64,000 nt of DNA from an uncultured virus (IMG/VR IMGVR_UViG_3300023119_000021) (lineage: Duplodnaviria > Heunggongvirae > Uroviricota > Caudoviricetes > Crassvirales): IMG/VR virus record IMGVR_UViG_3300023119_000021; one strand, 5' to 3'. Within the stretch, counting starts at the first letter, position 1. Each line of letters opens with the position of its first letter. Below are positions 8,031-17,081 of this stretch, piece after piece. A program made the translations under genes and the position numbers. The notes under the pieces were generated by a model, which worked only from the letters and a program-made list of their open reading frames with translations, searched no databases and was not told where the DNA came from.

Positions 8031-8161
8031 AATAATAAAATTTAATTGTGTTTGATTTTAATTAATATTTGATAAATGTATTTAGTTGTTTTTTGATATC
8101 ATAGAAATTTAACATTTCATTAAGAAAGGGAGGAGCCGAGACCCCTCCCGATAATTTTTGA

Positions 8162-8350
8162 TTATAATTCTAATCTGTTTAATCTATCAGAAATTTTTTC
8201 AAGTTTGCCAATAATATTGTTTTGGGTAACAGAACCGCATTTCACTTGAATAGCTAAAATTTCTACTTGTGCGATAATACTACCGACTTCTTGGGCTCGG
8301 TTCATTCGTTCTGTGTGTAACTCTTGGGAATGATGTGTAATAGTTTTCAT
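8162..8350 (-). CDS. First early gene, hypothetical
   Basis: Start more likely MKTITHH at 8350, since the track's 8377 start overlaps the promoter. Confidence 0.6.
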   Translation of the reverse strand: MKTITHHSQELHTERMNRAQEVGSIIAQVEILAIQVKCGSVTQNNIIGKLEKISDRLNRLEL

Positions 8351-8374
8351 GTTATTTTGTTTTTGATTACATGG

Positions 8375-8407
8375 CAAACATAAGGCGGGAAAGTAATACC
8401 ATCCAAA
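8375..8407 (-). promoter_or_regulatory. Consensus Bacteroidota housekeeping-sigma early promoter
   Basis: TTTG (8407-8404), N21, TATGTTTG (8382-8375), pointing into the early operon. Confidence 0.8.
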
Positions 8408-8952
8408 ATTTTAACAAAACTTTAACATTTGAAACCATTTTACTGGGGTTGCGAGATGGTTTGCACGAATGGACACAAAGCAAATTTTAGGCAATTCCTA
8501 TGATTTACAAGGGATTAACCAGGCTGGAAAGGATTGTATTTGGTGGGGGTTTGTGTGGGGGATTTGCTAAATGCGTTGGTGGTTATTCCATTGCTCAGCC
8601 CATGCAATGCAAAACGTAAAACTTTAACCGCTCCAATAAATTAAAGCTAGATAGTAGCTACCACACGGACAGACATAAAGCAAAACCTAAAAAGTTTGTT
8701 GACGTTGACAAAAAAAGGAATGGGGGTGGGTTGAGAGAAACGGTTTTCTGTGGAAGACGTGGAGTGTATATTGTATATATAACCCACAACCTCTATACAT
8801 CTCATAACCTCTATATATCCTCTCCTATACTCTTCCTTGTCTTTTGCAAGTAAATGGCATACTTTTGTGACATTTAATATGTATACTATATGTGTTACTT
8901 TATTTGGCACAAAATCATGCCAACTGTTGTATGTACAAATGTTATGTTATGT

Positions 8953-8984
8953 TTTGTTTTGTAAAGAATATTGTATTATATTTG
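8953..8984 (+). promoter_or_regulatory. Consensus Bacteroidota promoter driving a small RNA
   Basis: TTTG (8953-8956), N20, TATATTTG (8977-8984). Confidence 0.7.
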
Positions 8985-8989
8985 ATTAA

Positions 8990-9060
8990 TCTTAAAGATT
9001 TTATTTGTTTCATAGTTTGATTGAGGGAGGTTTCAGTAGGTTGAGCCTCCCTTTTTCTTT
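8990..9060 (+). ncRNA. Putative trans-acting sRNA (about 70 nt)
   Basis: Lies between the promoter and a terminator AGGGAGG..CCTCCCT-T-run (9024-9063); no ORF on +; core TTTGTTTCATAGTTTGATT. Confidence 0.55.
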
Positions 9061-9074
9061 TTTACCTTTGGATC

Positions 9075-9242
9075 ATGTTTATTATAGCATTCACATTCCC
9101 TAATGCCATGATGTTAGGGTTCGAGTACTTCGAAGAGAACGATACATTGCAGTTCAATGAGTTCAATCTGTATCTTTTGTTCCTTTCTGTGGCATACAGA
9201 TGGAGAAATAATGGAGAGAAAATACAAAACTTAGATCTTTAG
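9075..9242 (+). CDS. Hypothetical protein (55 aa, not in ORF track)
   Basis: MFIIAFTFPNAMMLGFEYFEENDTLQFNEFNLYLLFLSVAYRW...; TACCTTTG box at 9063-9070. Confidence 0.55.
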   Translation: MFIIAFTFPNAMMLGFEYFEENDTLQFNEFNLYLLFLSVAYRWRNNGEKIQNLDL

Positions 9243-9290
9243 TTACAAAATTGTGTTATATTTGTATTATAAATTTAATTTATTTTACAA

Positions 9291-10880
9291 ATGATTGAAA
9301 AAGACATCGATTTTAATGAAGATGCGAGGTATAAGTTGACAAATGGAGTCAATAATCTTGCAAATGCCGTCAAACAAACTTTAGGAGCGGCAGGAAATAC
9401 AGTTATTTTAGAGGATGAGATAGGCAGACCGCATGTAACTAAGGATGGGGTTACAGTTGCTAAGAGCATCAACCTATCAGATCCAGTGGAACATCTTGGA
9501 GCTACAGTTGTAAAGCAGGCATCTATAAAAACTGCTGACGAAGCAGGGGATGGAACTACAACTTCTATCGTTATCACACAAGAACTCATAAACAGAGCAT
9601 TCGAAAAGATAGAAAACAAGAACCTCAACGTCACCAAGCTTAGGAATGCCTTAGAGACGCTGTCCCATGATGTTATAGAAGGAATAAAGAAGAGGTCTAA
9701 GGAGGTTACTGAAGAAAACCTTAAGAGTGTAGCTACAATATCAGCAAACAACGATTCAGAGCTTGGAAATATTATAGCAGATGCATACCTAAAGGTTGGA
9801 GTTGATGGTGCTGTGACTATAGAGGAGTCTATGACAAAGGATACCTATACAGAGATTGTAGAGGGAACAAGAATCAAAAGAGGGTTTGACAGTCCATACA
9901 TGATCACGGACAAGGAAAAGAATCAAGCTGTACTTGAGAATCCACTTGTATTGATCTCCGACAAGAAGATTACCGTTGTGGAGGACATAGAGCCTTGCCT
10001 AAGAGTGGCTATGCAGTCTAAGCGTCCTATGCTAATTATATCAGATATGGAGACCGCTGTAATGAACTTGCTCAATGTGAACAAAGCAAGAGGTGTTGTA
10101 AGCGTTAATGTGGTAGCCCCAGAGGGGGTTGGGCTAAATCGATTTGAGCTTTTAGAGGACCTGGCTATCATGACAGGAGCTGTCCTGGTATCTGATGAAA
10201 CAGGGAATGACTTTACAGCAATAGACGAAAGTTTTCTTGGGGAAGCTAAAAAGGCTGTGTCTACAGATAAGGAGACTATTATTAGTTTAAAATATGAAAA
10301 AACAGCTGACGCTGTTAAAGAACGTGCCGAGATGGTTAGGGGGATATTGAAAAAGAAAGAAGACGTATCTAACACTTGGCATTATAAAGATAGACTATCA
10401 CGTCTATCAGGGGGGATTGCCGCTATTCATGTAGGAGCACTCACTGAAGTTGAAATGAAAGAGAAGAAGGACCGTGTAGAGGATGCCATATTTGCAACTC
10501 GTGCAGCATTAGAAGAAGGAATTGTAGCTGGTGGAGGAGTATCCCTGTACAACGCAGCTATGGATATGCAGACGAGATACTTCAAAGAAAAGGATAATGA
10601 AATGAAAGAAGCGTGTGCTATCCTATCAGCGGCATTAACCTCCCCTATCAAACAAATACTTGCAAATGCCTCTATGAGTTATGACGAGTTTGTGGAAAGA
10701 ATAGATAGCGTTAGAAGACGCAACTACGGATACGATGTAAAAAAGAAAAGATTTGGTAATATGTTTACAATGGGAATCATTGATCCGTTCAAGGTCACAA
10801 AGAATGCCCTACAGAACGCCATATCTGTATCTATAACAATCTTGACAACAAACTGTGTAATATCAAATAAACGAGCATGA
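9291..10880 (+). CDS. groEL: Phage-encoded chaperonin GroEL
   Basis: TKDGVTVAK, AGDGTTT, KDRVEDA, EEGIVAGGG, GIIDP; lacks the GGM tail; TATATTTG box at 9257-9264. Confidence 0.97.
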   Translation: MIEKDIDFNEDARYKLTNGVNNLANAVKQTLGAAGNTVILEDEIGRPHVTKDGVTVAKSINLSDPVEHLGATVVKQASIKTADEAGDGTTTSIVITQELINRAFEKIENKNLNVTKLRNALETLSHDVIEGIKKRSKEVTEENLKSVATISANNDSELGNIIADAYLKVGVDGAVTIEESMTKDTYTEIVEGTRIKRGFDSPYMITDKEKNQAVLENPLVLISDKKITVVEDIEPCLRVAMQSKRPMLIISDMETAVMNLLNVNKARGVVSVNVVAPEGVGLNRFELLEDLAIMTGAVLVSDETGNDFTAIDESFLGEAKKAVSTDKETIISLKYEKTADAVKERAEMVRGILKKKEDVSNTWHYKDRLSRLSGGIAAIHVGALTEVEMKEKKDRVEDAIFATRAALEEGIVAGGGVSLYNAAMDMQTRYFKEKDNEMKEACAILSAALTSPIKQILANASMSYDEFVERIDSVRRRNYGYDVKKKRFGNMFTMGIIDPFKVTKNALQNAISVSITILTTNCVISNKRA

Positions 10881-11134
10881 AAGCAATAGGATCATATATC
10901 GTTCTCAGAAAGCAAGAGGAGGAAGTTAAAAACAAGAGTGGTCTTATAATGACACAGTACACCGATAAGGATATTCGGTACAAGCTTGCTGAAGTTGTTT
11001 CAGCAGGAGACGATGTAAAGGGTTTACAGCCTGGAGATAAAGTTTACTATGACTCTGCTGCTGGATCCGACATACGCATTGATGGAGAAAAACTCACAGT
11101 TGTACCCGATAGACAAATCGTAGCTGTGCTTTGA
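10877..11134 (+). CDS. groES: Co-chaperonin GroES
   Basis: KSGLIM mobile loop, AEVVSAG, QPGDKVYY; translationally coupled to groEL. Confidence 0.9.
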   Translation: MKAIGSYIVLRKQEEEVKNKSGLIMTQYTDKDIRYKLAEVVSAGDDVKGLQPGDKVYYDSAAGSDIRIDGEKLTVVPDRQIVAVL

Positions 11135-11871
11135 GAGTGTTTGAGCTTGAAAATGATAGTATAGTACTAAAGACGAGTCATGACTTTCGTGGTTGTGACT
11201 TTGTCTGGTACGACAATCCTGTGGATCACTTCGACTTAGAGACTATAGATCATAGGGTTATATCATTCGAACAGCTCAAGTACTATGCAGAAATACTGTT
11301 CTATCTCAACCCTGATATTGATTTTAAGATCTTTCAAGGCATCTTTAGGTGGATAGGTAATAGAGAGAGTGGAAAAACTATAAGAACGTATTCTACGGCT
11401 CGTGTCGATCAAATGACAGAGGAGGTATATAAGGTTAGGAAAGATCCATACTGCCGAAGAATGAGAAGAGTAGTCTTCAATCCAGAGATTATTATTTCTT
11501 TCGAAGAGAAAATGTCGATTACAGCAAGACTATCGAAGAGAGGAATTAACTATACTGAGATGGATATATTGCGTGCAATAGACCAAATGTCTCATAGTCA
11601 GTTAGTTATAAACCAAGAGATGATTGCTTCGCATTTAACTTGCAGCAGAAGAACAATAAATAGGCTAATGACAGATCAAATTAAATCAAAAATACAGACA
11701 GAAAACAAAAGAGTCAAAAGAGAAAAGGCTATATCGAGTGCTATAGAGTGGATAGATGTCTTGTCTGATTCTGGTAATGAAGTTAAAATGCAGGAACTCA
11801 AGAGTTTAACTAATATCAGAGACTACACAATAATAAAAGAAGCTATTCATCGTTATGAGATTGGGTTTTAG
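11131..11871 (+). CDS. Hypothetical protein with C-terminal HTH
   Basis: TTG start overlapping the groES stop; INQEMIASHLTCSRRTINR fits an HTH. Confidence 0.65.
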   Translation: MRVFELENDSIVLKTSHDFRGCDFVWYDNPVDHFDLETIDHRVISFEQLKYYAEILFYLNPDIDFKIFQGIFRWIGNRESGKTIRTYSTARVDQMTEEVYKVRKDPYCRRMRRVVFNPEIIISFEEKMSITARLSKRGINYTEMDILRAIDQMSHSQLVINQEMIASHLTCSRRTINRLMTDQIKSKIQTENKRVKREKAISSAIEWIDVLSDSGNEVKMQELKSLTNIRDYTIIKEAIHRYEIGF

Positions 11872-12334
11872 AGTTCATCTTCTTTATTATCTTTTTGTAT
11901 ACCTTATCCATGTGAGATTTCCCTTTGAATATTTCATTTCTGTAGGGGTCTTCGGAAATGATTTCTTCTTGCATAAGCTTCTTATACAGGTGGTTACATA
12001 TTCTTTTTGACTTTATAGTCAACTCCCATAGGTTTGACCTTTGAGTTTCTTTACGATCCCTCCATTTTTTTATATACCCTTGCTGAACCATAGATGCGAA
12101 TCTATTCTTATCCCAGCTCATTGTTCTGGCAAAATGATTGAACGTGTCTTTAGTGAATACGGTTTCATCGTATAAGAACAAAATCATGTCGAGCTCAGCA
12201 TCTGTCAATTCGTATTTGCTTTTCATATAATACTTGACAACCCTCCAATACTTAAGGAAGTTGTGTTGTCTGGGTCGATACTGATATGTTGGGGTTTTCG
12301 GTGGTTTTTTTATTGCGTAAAATCGCTTGTACAT
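11843..12334 (-). CDS. Winged-helix (MarR-like) protein, candidate transcription regulator
   Basis: LTDAELDMILFLY...MVQQGYIKKW...WELTIKS; only minus-strand gene in the late region. Confidence 0.65.
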   Translation of the reverse strand: MYKRFYAIKKPPKTPTYQYRPRQHNFLKYWRVVKYYMKSKYELTDAELDMILFLYDETVFTKDTFNHFARTMSWDKNRFASMVQQGYIKKWRDRKETQRSNLWELTIKSKRICNHLYKKLMQEEIISEDPYRNEIFKGKSHMDKVYKKIIKKMNSKTQSHNDE

Positions 12335-12408
12335 ATGTTATGCTGTATGTGGTTAACAAATATACAAGTTTATTTTTTTAACTATCTTTGTGGCATATAA
12401 ATATTTGC

Positions 12409-12708
12409 ATGGCAGCGAGAATCGACAAATCCAAAATGAAGTGTAACTCTCCACGAAAAAGCCCTAATCCAAAAAAGAAAAAGGTTGTTAAGGCTTGTTC
12501 TGGTGGACAAGAAAAAATTATACACTACGGAGCATCTGGATACGGTCATAATTACTCAGCAGCGGCTCGTAAATCGTTCAAAGCACGTCACAAGTGTTCA
12601 AGTGCAACAAACAAGCTTACGGCTCGCTATTGGGCTTGTAAAGATCTATGGGCTGGAAAAGGAGGGTCCACTAAATCATCTCCTAAATCAAGACAAGGAA
12701 AATATTAA
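12409..12708 (+). CDS. Small basic Cys-containing protein
   Basis: Start ATG 12409 after TATCTTTG (12383-12390); RKSFKARHKC..LTARYWAC..W motif common in phage late regions. Confidence 0.7.
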   Translation: MAARIDKSKMKCNSPRKSPNPKKKKVVKACSGGQEKIIHYGASGYGHNYSAAARKSFKARHKCSSATNKLTARYWACKDLWAGKGGSTKSSPKSRQGKY

Positions 12709-12711
12709 AAT

Positions 12712-12888
12712 ATGCAAGAAAGAAGAAAAAAACCAGTTTACGGACCAGGCAAAAAAGAAGAATACGATGCTTTTGGGTTTAGAAACAACGTAGTAGATAG
12801 ATTTTCTGCAAATCAAGTTAAGGATGTAGAAAAGTACGATCCTAAAACTGGCAAAAGCAAGATGATTTATAAACCAGCAAAAGGATGA
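12712..12888 (+). CDS. Small basic protein (58 aa, not in ORF track)
   Basis: MQERRKKPVYGPGKKEEYDAFGFRNN...; coupled to neighbours. Confidence 0.55.
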   Translation: MQERRKKPVYGPGKKEEYDAFGFRNNVVDRFSANQVKDVEKYDPKTGKSKMIYKPAKG

Positions 12889-13055
12889 ATCCATTAAAAA
12901 ACCATAAAGGGCTTGGAGATACTGTAGAAGCTATAACAGAAGCTACTGGTATTAAGGCTGTTGTAGAGGCAGGATCAAGGGCTTTTAAAAAGCCATGTGG
13001 CTGCCAACAAAGAAAGAAAACGTTAAACGACCTTTTTCCTTATGGCAAAAAGTAA
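12885..13055 (+). CDS. Small protein with KGLGDT...CGC..R motif (56 aa)
   Basis: MNPLKNHKGLGDTVEAITEATGIKAVV...PCGCQQRKKTLNDLFPY. Confidence 0.7.
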   Translation: MNPLKNHKGLGDTVEAITEATGIKAVVEAGSRAFKKPCGCQQRKKTLNDLFPYGKK

Positions 13056-13158
13056 AACTAAAATGAATCGTCCTTGTTGGAAGGGATACGAGATGGTTGG
13101 AACTAAGAAAAAGGGAGGGCGCACCGTCCCTAACTGTGTTCCTAAAAAGAAAAAGTAA
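13042..13158 (+). CDS. Basic micro-protein (38 aa), CWKGY...VPNCVP motif
   Basis: MAKSKTKMNRPCWKGYEMVGTKKKGGRTVPNCVPKKKK. Confidence 0.7.
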   Translation: MAKSKTKMNRPCWKGYEMVGTKKKGGRTVPNCVPKKKK

Positions 13159-13295
13159 TGCCACTAAAAACAGGAAAAAGTAGTGCAGTAGTATCTGCGA
13201 ACATTAGTAAACTTATATCGGAAGGGTATTCCAAAAAACAAGCCGTTGCTATTGCTTTAAGTAATGCAGGCAAAAGTAAAAAGAAAAGAGGATAA
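13158..13295 (+). CDS. Basic micro-protein (45 aa), KQAVAIALS motif
   Basis: MPLKTGKSSAVVSANISKLISEGYSKKQAVAIALSNAGKSKKKRG; TAATG coupling. Confidence 0.7.
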   Translation: MPLKTGKSSAVVSANISKLISEGYSKKQAVAIALSNAGKSKKKRG

Positions 13296-16200
13296 ATGGC
13301 TGACACTAAAATAAAAGCAGGGCAGTTCTTTGGCGTAATAGGTCACGGAACAGATGGTTATTTCCTAATGACAAATGCAGATGGCAGTATGTCATGGGCT
13401 GAAGGAGGTGCTTCGGGTCCATCGGTTACGTCTGTTGATTATCCAGGTGATGATACTGCTGCAGATCCTGCAGGAGGACAAACTGTAGTATTAACAGGTA
13501 CTAATTTTGGCAGCAGTATGACAGTTAGTATTGGTGGCACAACTGCACCTTCTGTTGCACACGACTCCAGCACACAGCTTACAATTACAACCCCTGCTAA
13601 AGCTGCTGGCGATTATGATATTGTTGTAACCAACACTGTAACTGGTGCATCAGGTACATTTGTAAATGGTATATCATATAACGGTATTCCAACATGGACA
13701 ACCGCTGCTGGATCTTTAGGTACATTTGATTCTGAAACAACAATCAGTACAATTACATTGCAAGCCACTGAACCAGATGGTGGGACAATTACTTTTAATA
13801 TAACCAATGGGGCTTTGCCGTCTGGGCTGTCATTGACGGGTGCAAATATTGACGGTACTACAACTGCTGAATCATCTACAACACTATACAGCTTTACTAT
13901 TGAAGCTATTGATGATGAAAACCAATCCACCCCAAGAAACTTCTCTATAACAGTTAATGCTGCTGAATTAACAAATTACGAAAACTTTACAATCAACACC
14001 TATACAGGTAATGGTTCAACACAAAGCATAGAGGGTAAGATTGGTACTGCTGCCTATTTTGATGGGAGTAGTAGTTATATACTAACATCAGGTGATTATC
14101 CAATACAAGGTGGGCAAGCGCATTCAGTATCTTTTTGGGTTAATTTTAATTCTACTTCTGCTCAATTTCTTTATGGTATAGGTGACACGGTTACATCTTT
14201 TACGCATACAAGTTTAAGATTTGACACTTCTTTAACAAGGGCTTATTTAGATAACAATGGAGGGGCTTATATATATTCCACATCATTATCGTTATCAACA
14301 GGAACTTGGTACTATATAACACATACTTATGATGGTAGCGGAACATCCGAATTATTTATAGATGGTACAAGTGTTGGAACTCAATCAGTTACTTTAAATA
14401 TAGATGGAGTATTAGTAATTGGTCGCAGACCTTATTATGGTTCGGATTATTTTAACGGTAAAATAGACCAATTTAGAGTATTTAATAAAGAAGTTTCTTC
14501 ATCTGAAATTACAACCCTATACGGTGAAAACAATACTTCATCCACTAAATCTACAACTGATATTTTTGATGACGGCTCTGGTGTTGTTTTATATGAATTT
14601 GAAGAAGGAGCAAAAGACACTGGAGGTGCATCTGGATATATTGGAAGTGGTGGTATGTTCGATGGTAGCACTAGTTATACAACAATTAATTCTACATCTA
14701 CAACTCCTTTTGATGCTTCTTCTGAAGATTTCAGTATATCTGCTTGGATAAATGTATCGTCATTTCAAAATGATGCTTGCGTAATTTCTAAATGGGGTTC
14801 TACTTCAACTGATCAATCGTATTTCTTTGGCTTTAACGGCTCTGCAGATAATACTAAGTTAATTGTTTATGAAAAATCTGGTAGTACTACCCATGTTATA
14901 AATTCTACTTCTACAACTATTACAACGGGAAATTGGTTTCATGTTGCCTATGTAAGAAATTCTACTCAAACAATTATTTATATAAACGGGGTAGCTGAAA
15001 CTTTTAGCAATACTAATACAATTAATTCAGGAAATTCTCAACCAATAATTGTTGGGCGCCAATATGGCTATCCAGGCACCTCATTTAATGGTAAAATAGA
15101 TCAAATGCGTTTATTTAACAAAGCGCTATCATCAAGTGAAATAACAACCTTATATCAAGAAACATCAGCATCAGCTACAAAATCAACTACAGATATATTT
15201 GATGATGGTAGTGGTGTTGCATTGTATGAATTAGAAGGAAATGCTAATGATACAGGGGGTTCTTTTGGTTCTTTAGTTACAGGCTCTAAAATAGATTTAG
15301 ATGTTGATGGTTATACGAGTGGCAGTGTTGCTGATTTAAGCGGTAATAGTAATACTGCAGCAGTAACAGGTGCAACTTACGGAACAGACCCTAATGGGGG
15401 CGGATATTTTGATTTAGATGGAGCGAGTGATTATTTACAAATTTCATCAAGTACAGATTTTAATTCAGCTACAAATTTTACTATTGAAGGTTGGTTTAAA
15501 CCTGATAGTTTAACGTCAGCAGACCATTTCTTTTCTATATATAGTTTATCTACACCTGCAGATAGAAAGTTTCTTTTAAGGTTAGCAGATGCTGATGGAG
15601 ATTTAGAATTTGCAAGCTATAATACCGGCGGTAGTGGAGCTTCAGGCGTCCTTGAAACAAGCAATTCAAACGTAAGGGTTATTGCTAATCAATGGAATCA
15701 TATAGCTTTATCGTATCAATATAGTGGTACAATAGAAGCGTTTATAAATGGGATTTCTGCGGGAACAAGTAGTTCAAGTGGCACGTTAAATACAGTAGGA
15801 AGTGGAGATTTATATATTGGAACTTTAAATGGTTATATAGGAAGTTATGATTTTGATGGAAAAGTAGGAGATGTAAGATTTTACGATTCTGCTTTAACAT
15901 CTTCTCAAATAGTACAAAACTTTAATGCTTCTAAAGGTAGCTATGGATTTGCGTATAATGGCACAGCAACAAATGTATCCTACGCTTATGACGGAACACC
16001 TACAAATGTAAGTTTCGTAGGAACTTCATTCCAACCTGATTTGATTTGGACTAAAAATAGAAGTGCAAGTAGCAATCACGGATTAATAGATAGCGTTAGG
16101 GGAAGTTATGTATCGTTTGCTGATTCAACTGACCAACAATATGCATTAGTAGCAAGTGATGATGTTGTTTTTGATTCAAATGGATTTACAATAAACTCTT

Positions 16201-16928
16201 ATAATGGAGCTTGGATTAATTCTAATAGTGATGATTTTGTCGCTTGGTGTTGGAAAGCAGGGGGAACTGTTTCCGCTAACAACAATACTGATGGAGATAT
16301 AACCTCAACAGTTAGTGCTAATCAAGATGCAGGGTTTAGTATTGTGAAGGGTTCAGTTCCTTCTGTAGGATATACCAATACTTTTGGACACGGATTATCT
16401 TCTGCTCCTGAATTAATAATCTATAAATGTGCAGATATTATAAGTCCTTGGTATATATTTTCAAATTATGGTGGAAGTTTACTTGGAAACAATAATGTTT
16501 TGAGATTTGACACAAGCGCTGCAACTTCTGATAGTTTATTTGATATAACAAGCACAGCGTTTAAAACAGGTGCTTCAAGCTCTGCCCACGATTTTATCGC
16601 CTACTGCTTCCATTCAGTAGATGGGTATCAGAAGGTGGGGAGTTATACGGGGAATGGAACATCAACTGCTTCAACACAATCAATAGATGTTGGTTTTGAG
16701 CCAAGATTTGTAATGATAAAAAATACGACATCAGGTTCTACTAATTGGGTTGTAATAGATTCATTAAGAGAAAATGGAGACAAATGGTTGTATCCAAATG
16801 CATCTGATTCAGAATATGATGATGGAAACACTTATACTGAATTAACTTCTACAGGATTTACTTTGAATAATAATAGTTCATATGCAAATAAAAATAATGA
16901 TGTATACATCTATTTAGCAATAGCATAA
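13296..16928 (+). CDS. Large fibre/adhesin: IPT/TIG, Ig-like, three LamG (ConA-like) domains and a C-terminal phage beta domain
   Basis: GGQTVVLTGTNF (IPT), GALPSGLSL (Ig), repeated FNGKIDQ.R.FNK.LSSSEI..LY (LamG), FQPDLIW..YCFHSVDGYQKVGSYTG..YIYLAIA. Confidence 0.85.
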   Translation: MADTKIKAGQFFGVIGHGTDGYFLMTNADGSMSWAEGGASGPSVTSVDYPGDDTAADPAGGQTVVLTGTNFGSSMTVSIGGTTAPSVAHDSSTQLTITTPAKAAGDYDIVVTNTVTGASGTFVNGISYNGIPTWTTAAGSLGTFDSETTISTITLQATEPDGGTITFNITNGALPSGLSLTGANIDGTTTAESSTTLYSFTIEAIDDENQSTPRNFSITVNAAELTNYENFTINTYTGNGSTQSIEGKIGTAAYFDGSSSYILTSGDYPIQGGQAHSVSFWVNFNSTSAQFLYGIGDTVTSFTHTSLRFDTSLTRAYLDNNGGAYIYSTSLSLSTGTWYYITHTYDGSGTSELFIDGTSVGTQSVTLNIDGVLVIGRRPYYGSDYFNGKIDQFRVFNKEVSSSEITTLYGENNTSSTKSTTDIFDDGSGVVLYEFEEGAKDTGGASGYIGSGGMFDGSTSYTTINSTSTTPFDASSEDFSISAWINVSSFQNDACVISKWGSTSTDQSYFFGFNGSADNTKLIVYEKSGSTTHVINSTSTTITTGNWFHVAYVRNSTQTIIYINGVAETFSNTNTINSGNSQPIIVGRQYGYPGTSFNGKIDQMRLFNKALSSSEITTLYQETSASATKSTTDIFDDGSGVALYELEGNANDTGGSFGSLVTGSKIDLDVDGYTSGSVADLSGNSNTAAVTGATYGTDPNGGGYFDLDGASDYLQISSSTDFNSATNFTIEGWFKPDSLTSADHFFSIYSLSTPADRKFLLRLADADGDLEFASYNTGGSGASGVLETSNSNVRVIANQWNHIALSYQYSGTIEAFINGISAGTSSSSGTLNTVGSGDLYIGTLNGYIGSYDFDGKVGDVRFYDSALTSSQIVQNFNASKGSYGFAYNGTATNVSYAYDGTPTNVSFVGTSFQPDLIWTKNRSASSNHGLIDSVRGSYVSFADSTDQQYALVASDDVVFDSNGFTINSYNGAWINSNSDDFVAWCWKAGGTVSANNNTDGDITSTVSANQDAGFSIVKGSVPSVGYTNTFGHGLSSAPELIIYKCADIISPWYIFSNYGGSLLGNNNVLRFDTSAATSDSLFDITSTAFKTGASSSAHDFIAYCFHSVDGYQKVGSYTGNGTSTASTQSIDVGFEPRFVMIKNTTSGSTNWVVIDSLRENGDKWLYPNASDSEYDDGNTYTELTSTGFTLNNNSSYANKNNDVYIYLAIA

Positions 16929-16931
16929 ACA

Positions 16932-17081
16932 ATGGAACAGTTGAAGATATATTTATTTAACGCAATCGCATTAGCAATCAGTATAACAGAGATTAATCCG
17001 TATCTTCAAACAATATCACTATTATTGGCAATAGGGTACACAACAATACAAATAATAAAGAAACTAAATGGCAAAAATTGA
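16932..17081 (+). CDS. Small membrane protein (49 aa), holin-like
   Basis: MEQLKIYLFNAIALAISITEINPYLQTISLLLAIGYTTIQIIKKLNGKN; two hydrophobic segments and a basic tail. Confidence 0.6.
   Translation: MEQLKIYLFNAIALAISITEINPYLQTISLLLAIGYTTIQIIKKLNGKN

Noticed and set aside
8647..8910. 87-aa minus-strand ORF in the divergence region
   Set aside because: GTG start, no leader motif, upstream of the early promoter and overlapping low-complexity repeats.
9275..10651. Antisense ORFs of 158, 150 and 74 aa inside groEL
   Set aside because: Typical reverse-strand shadows of a conserved gene, with no independent signals.
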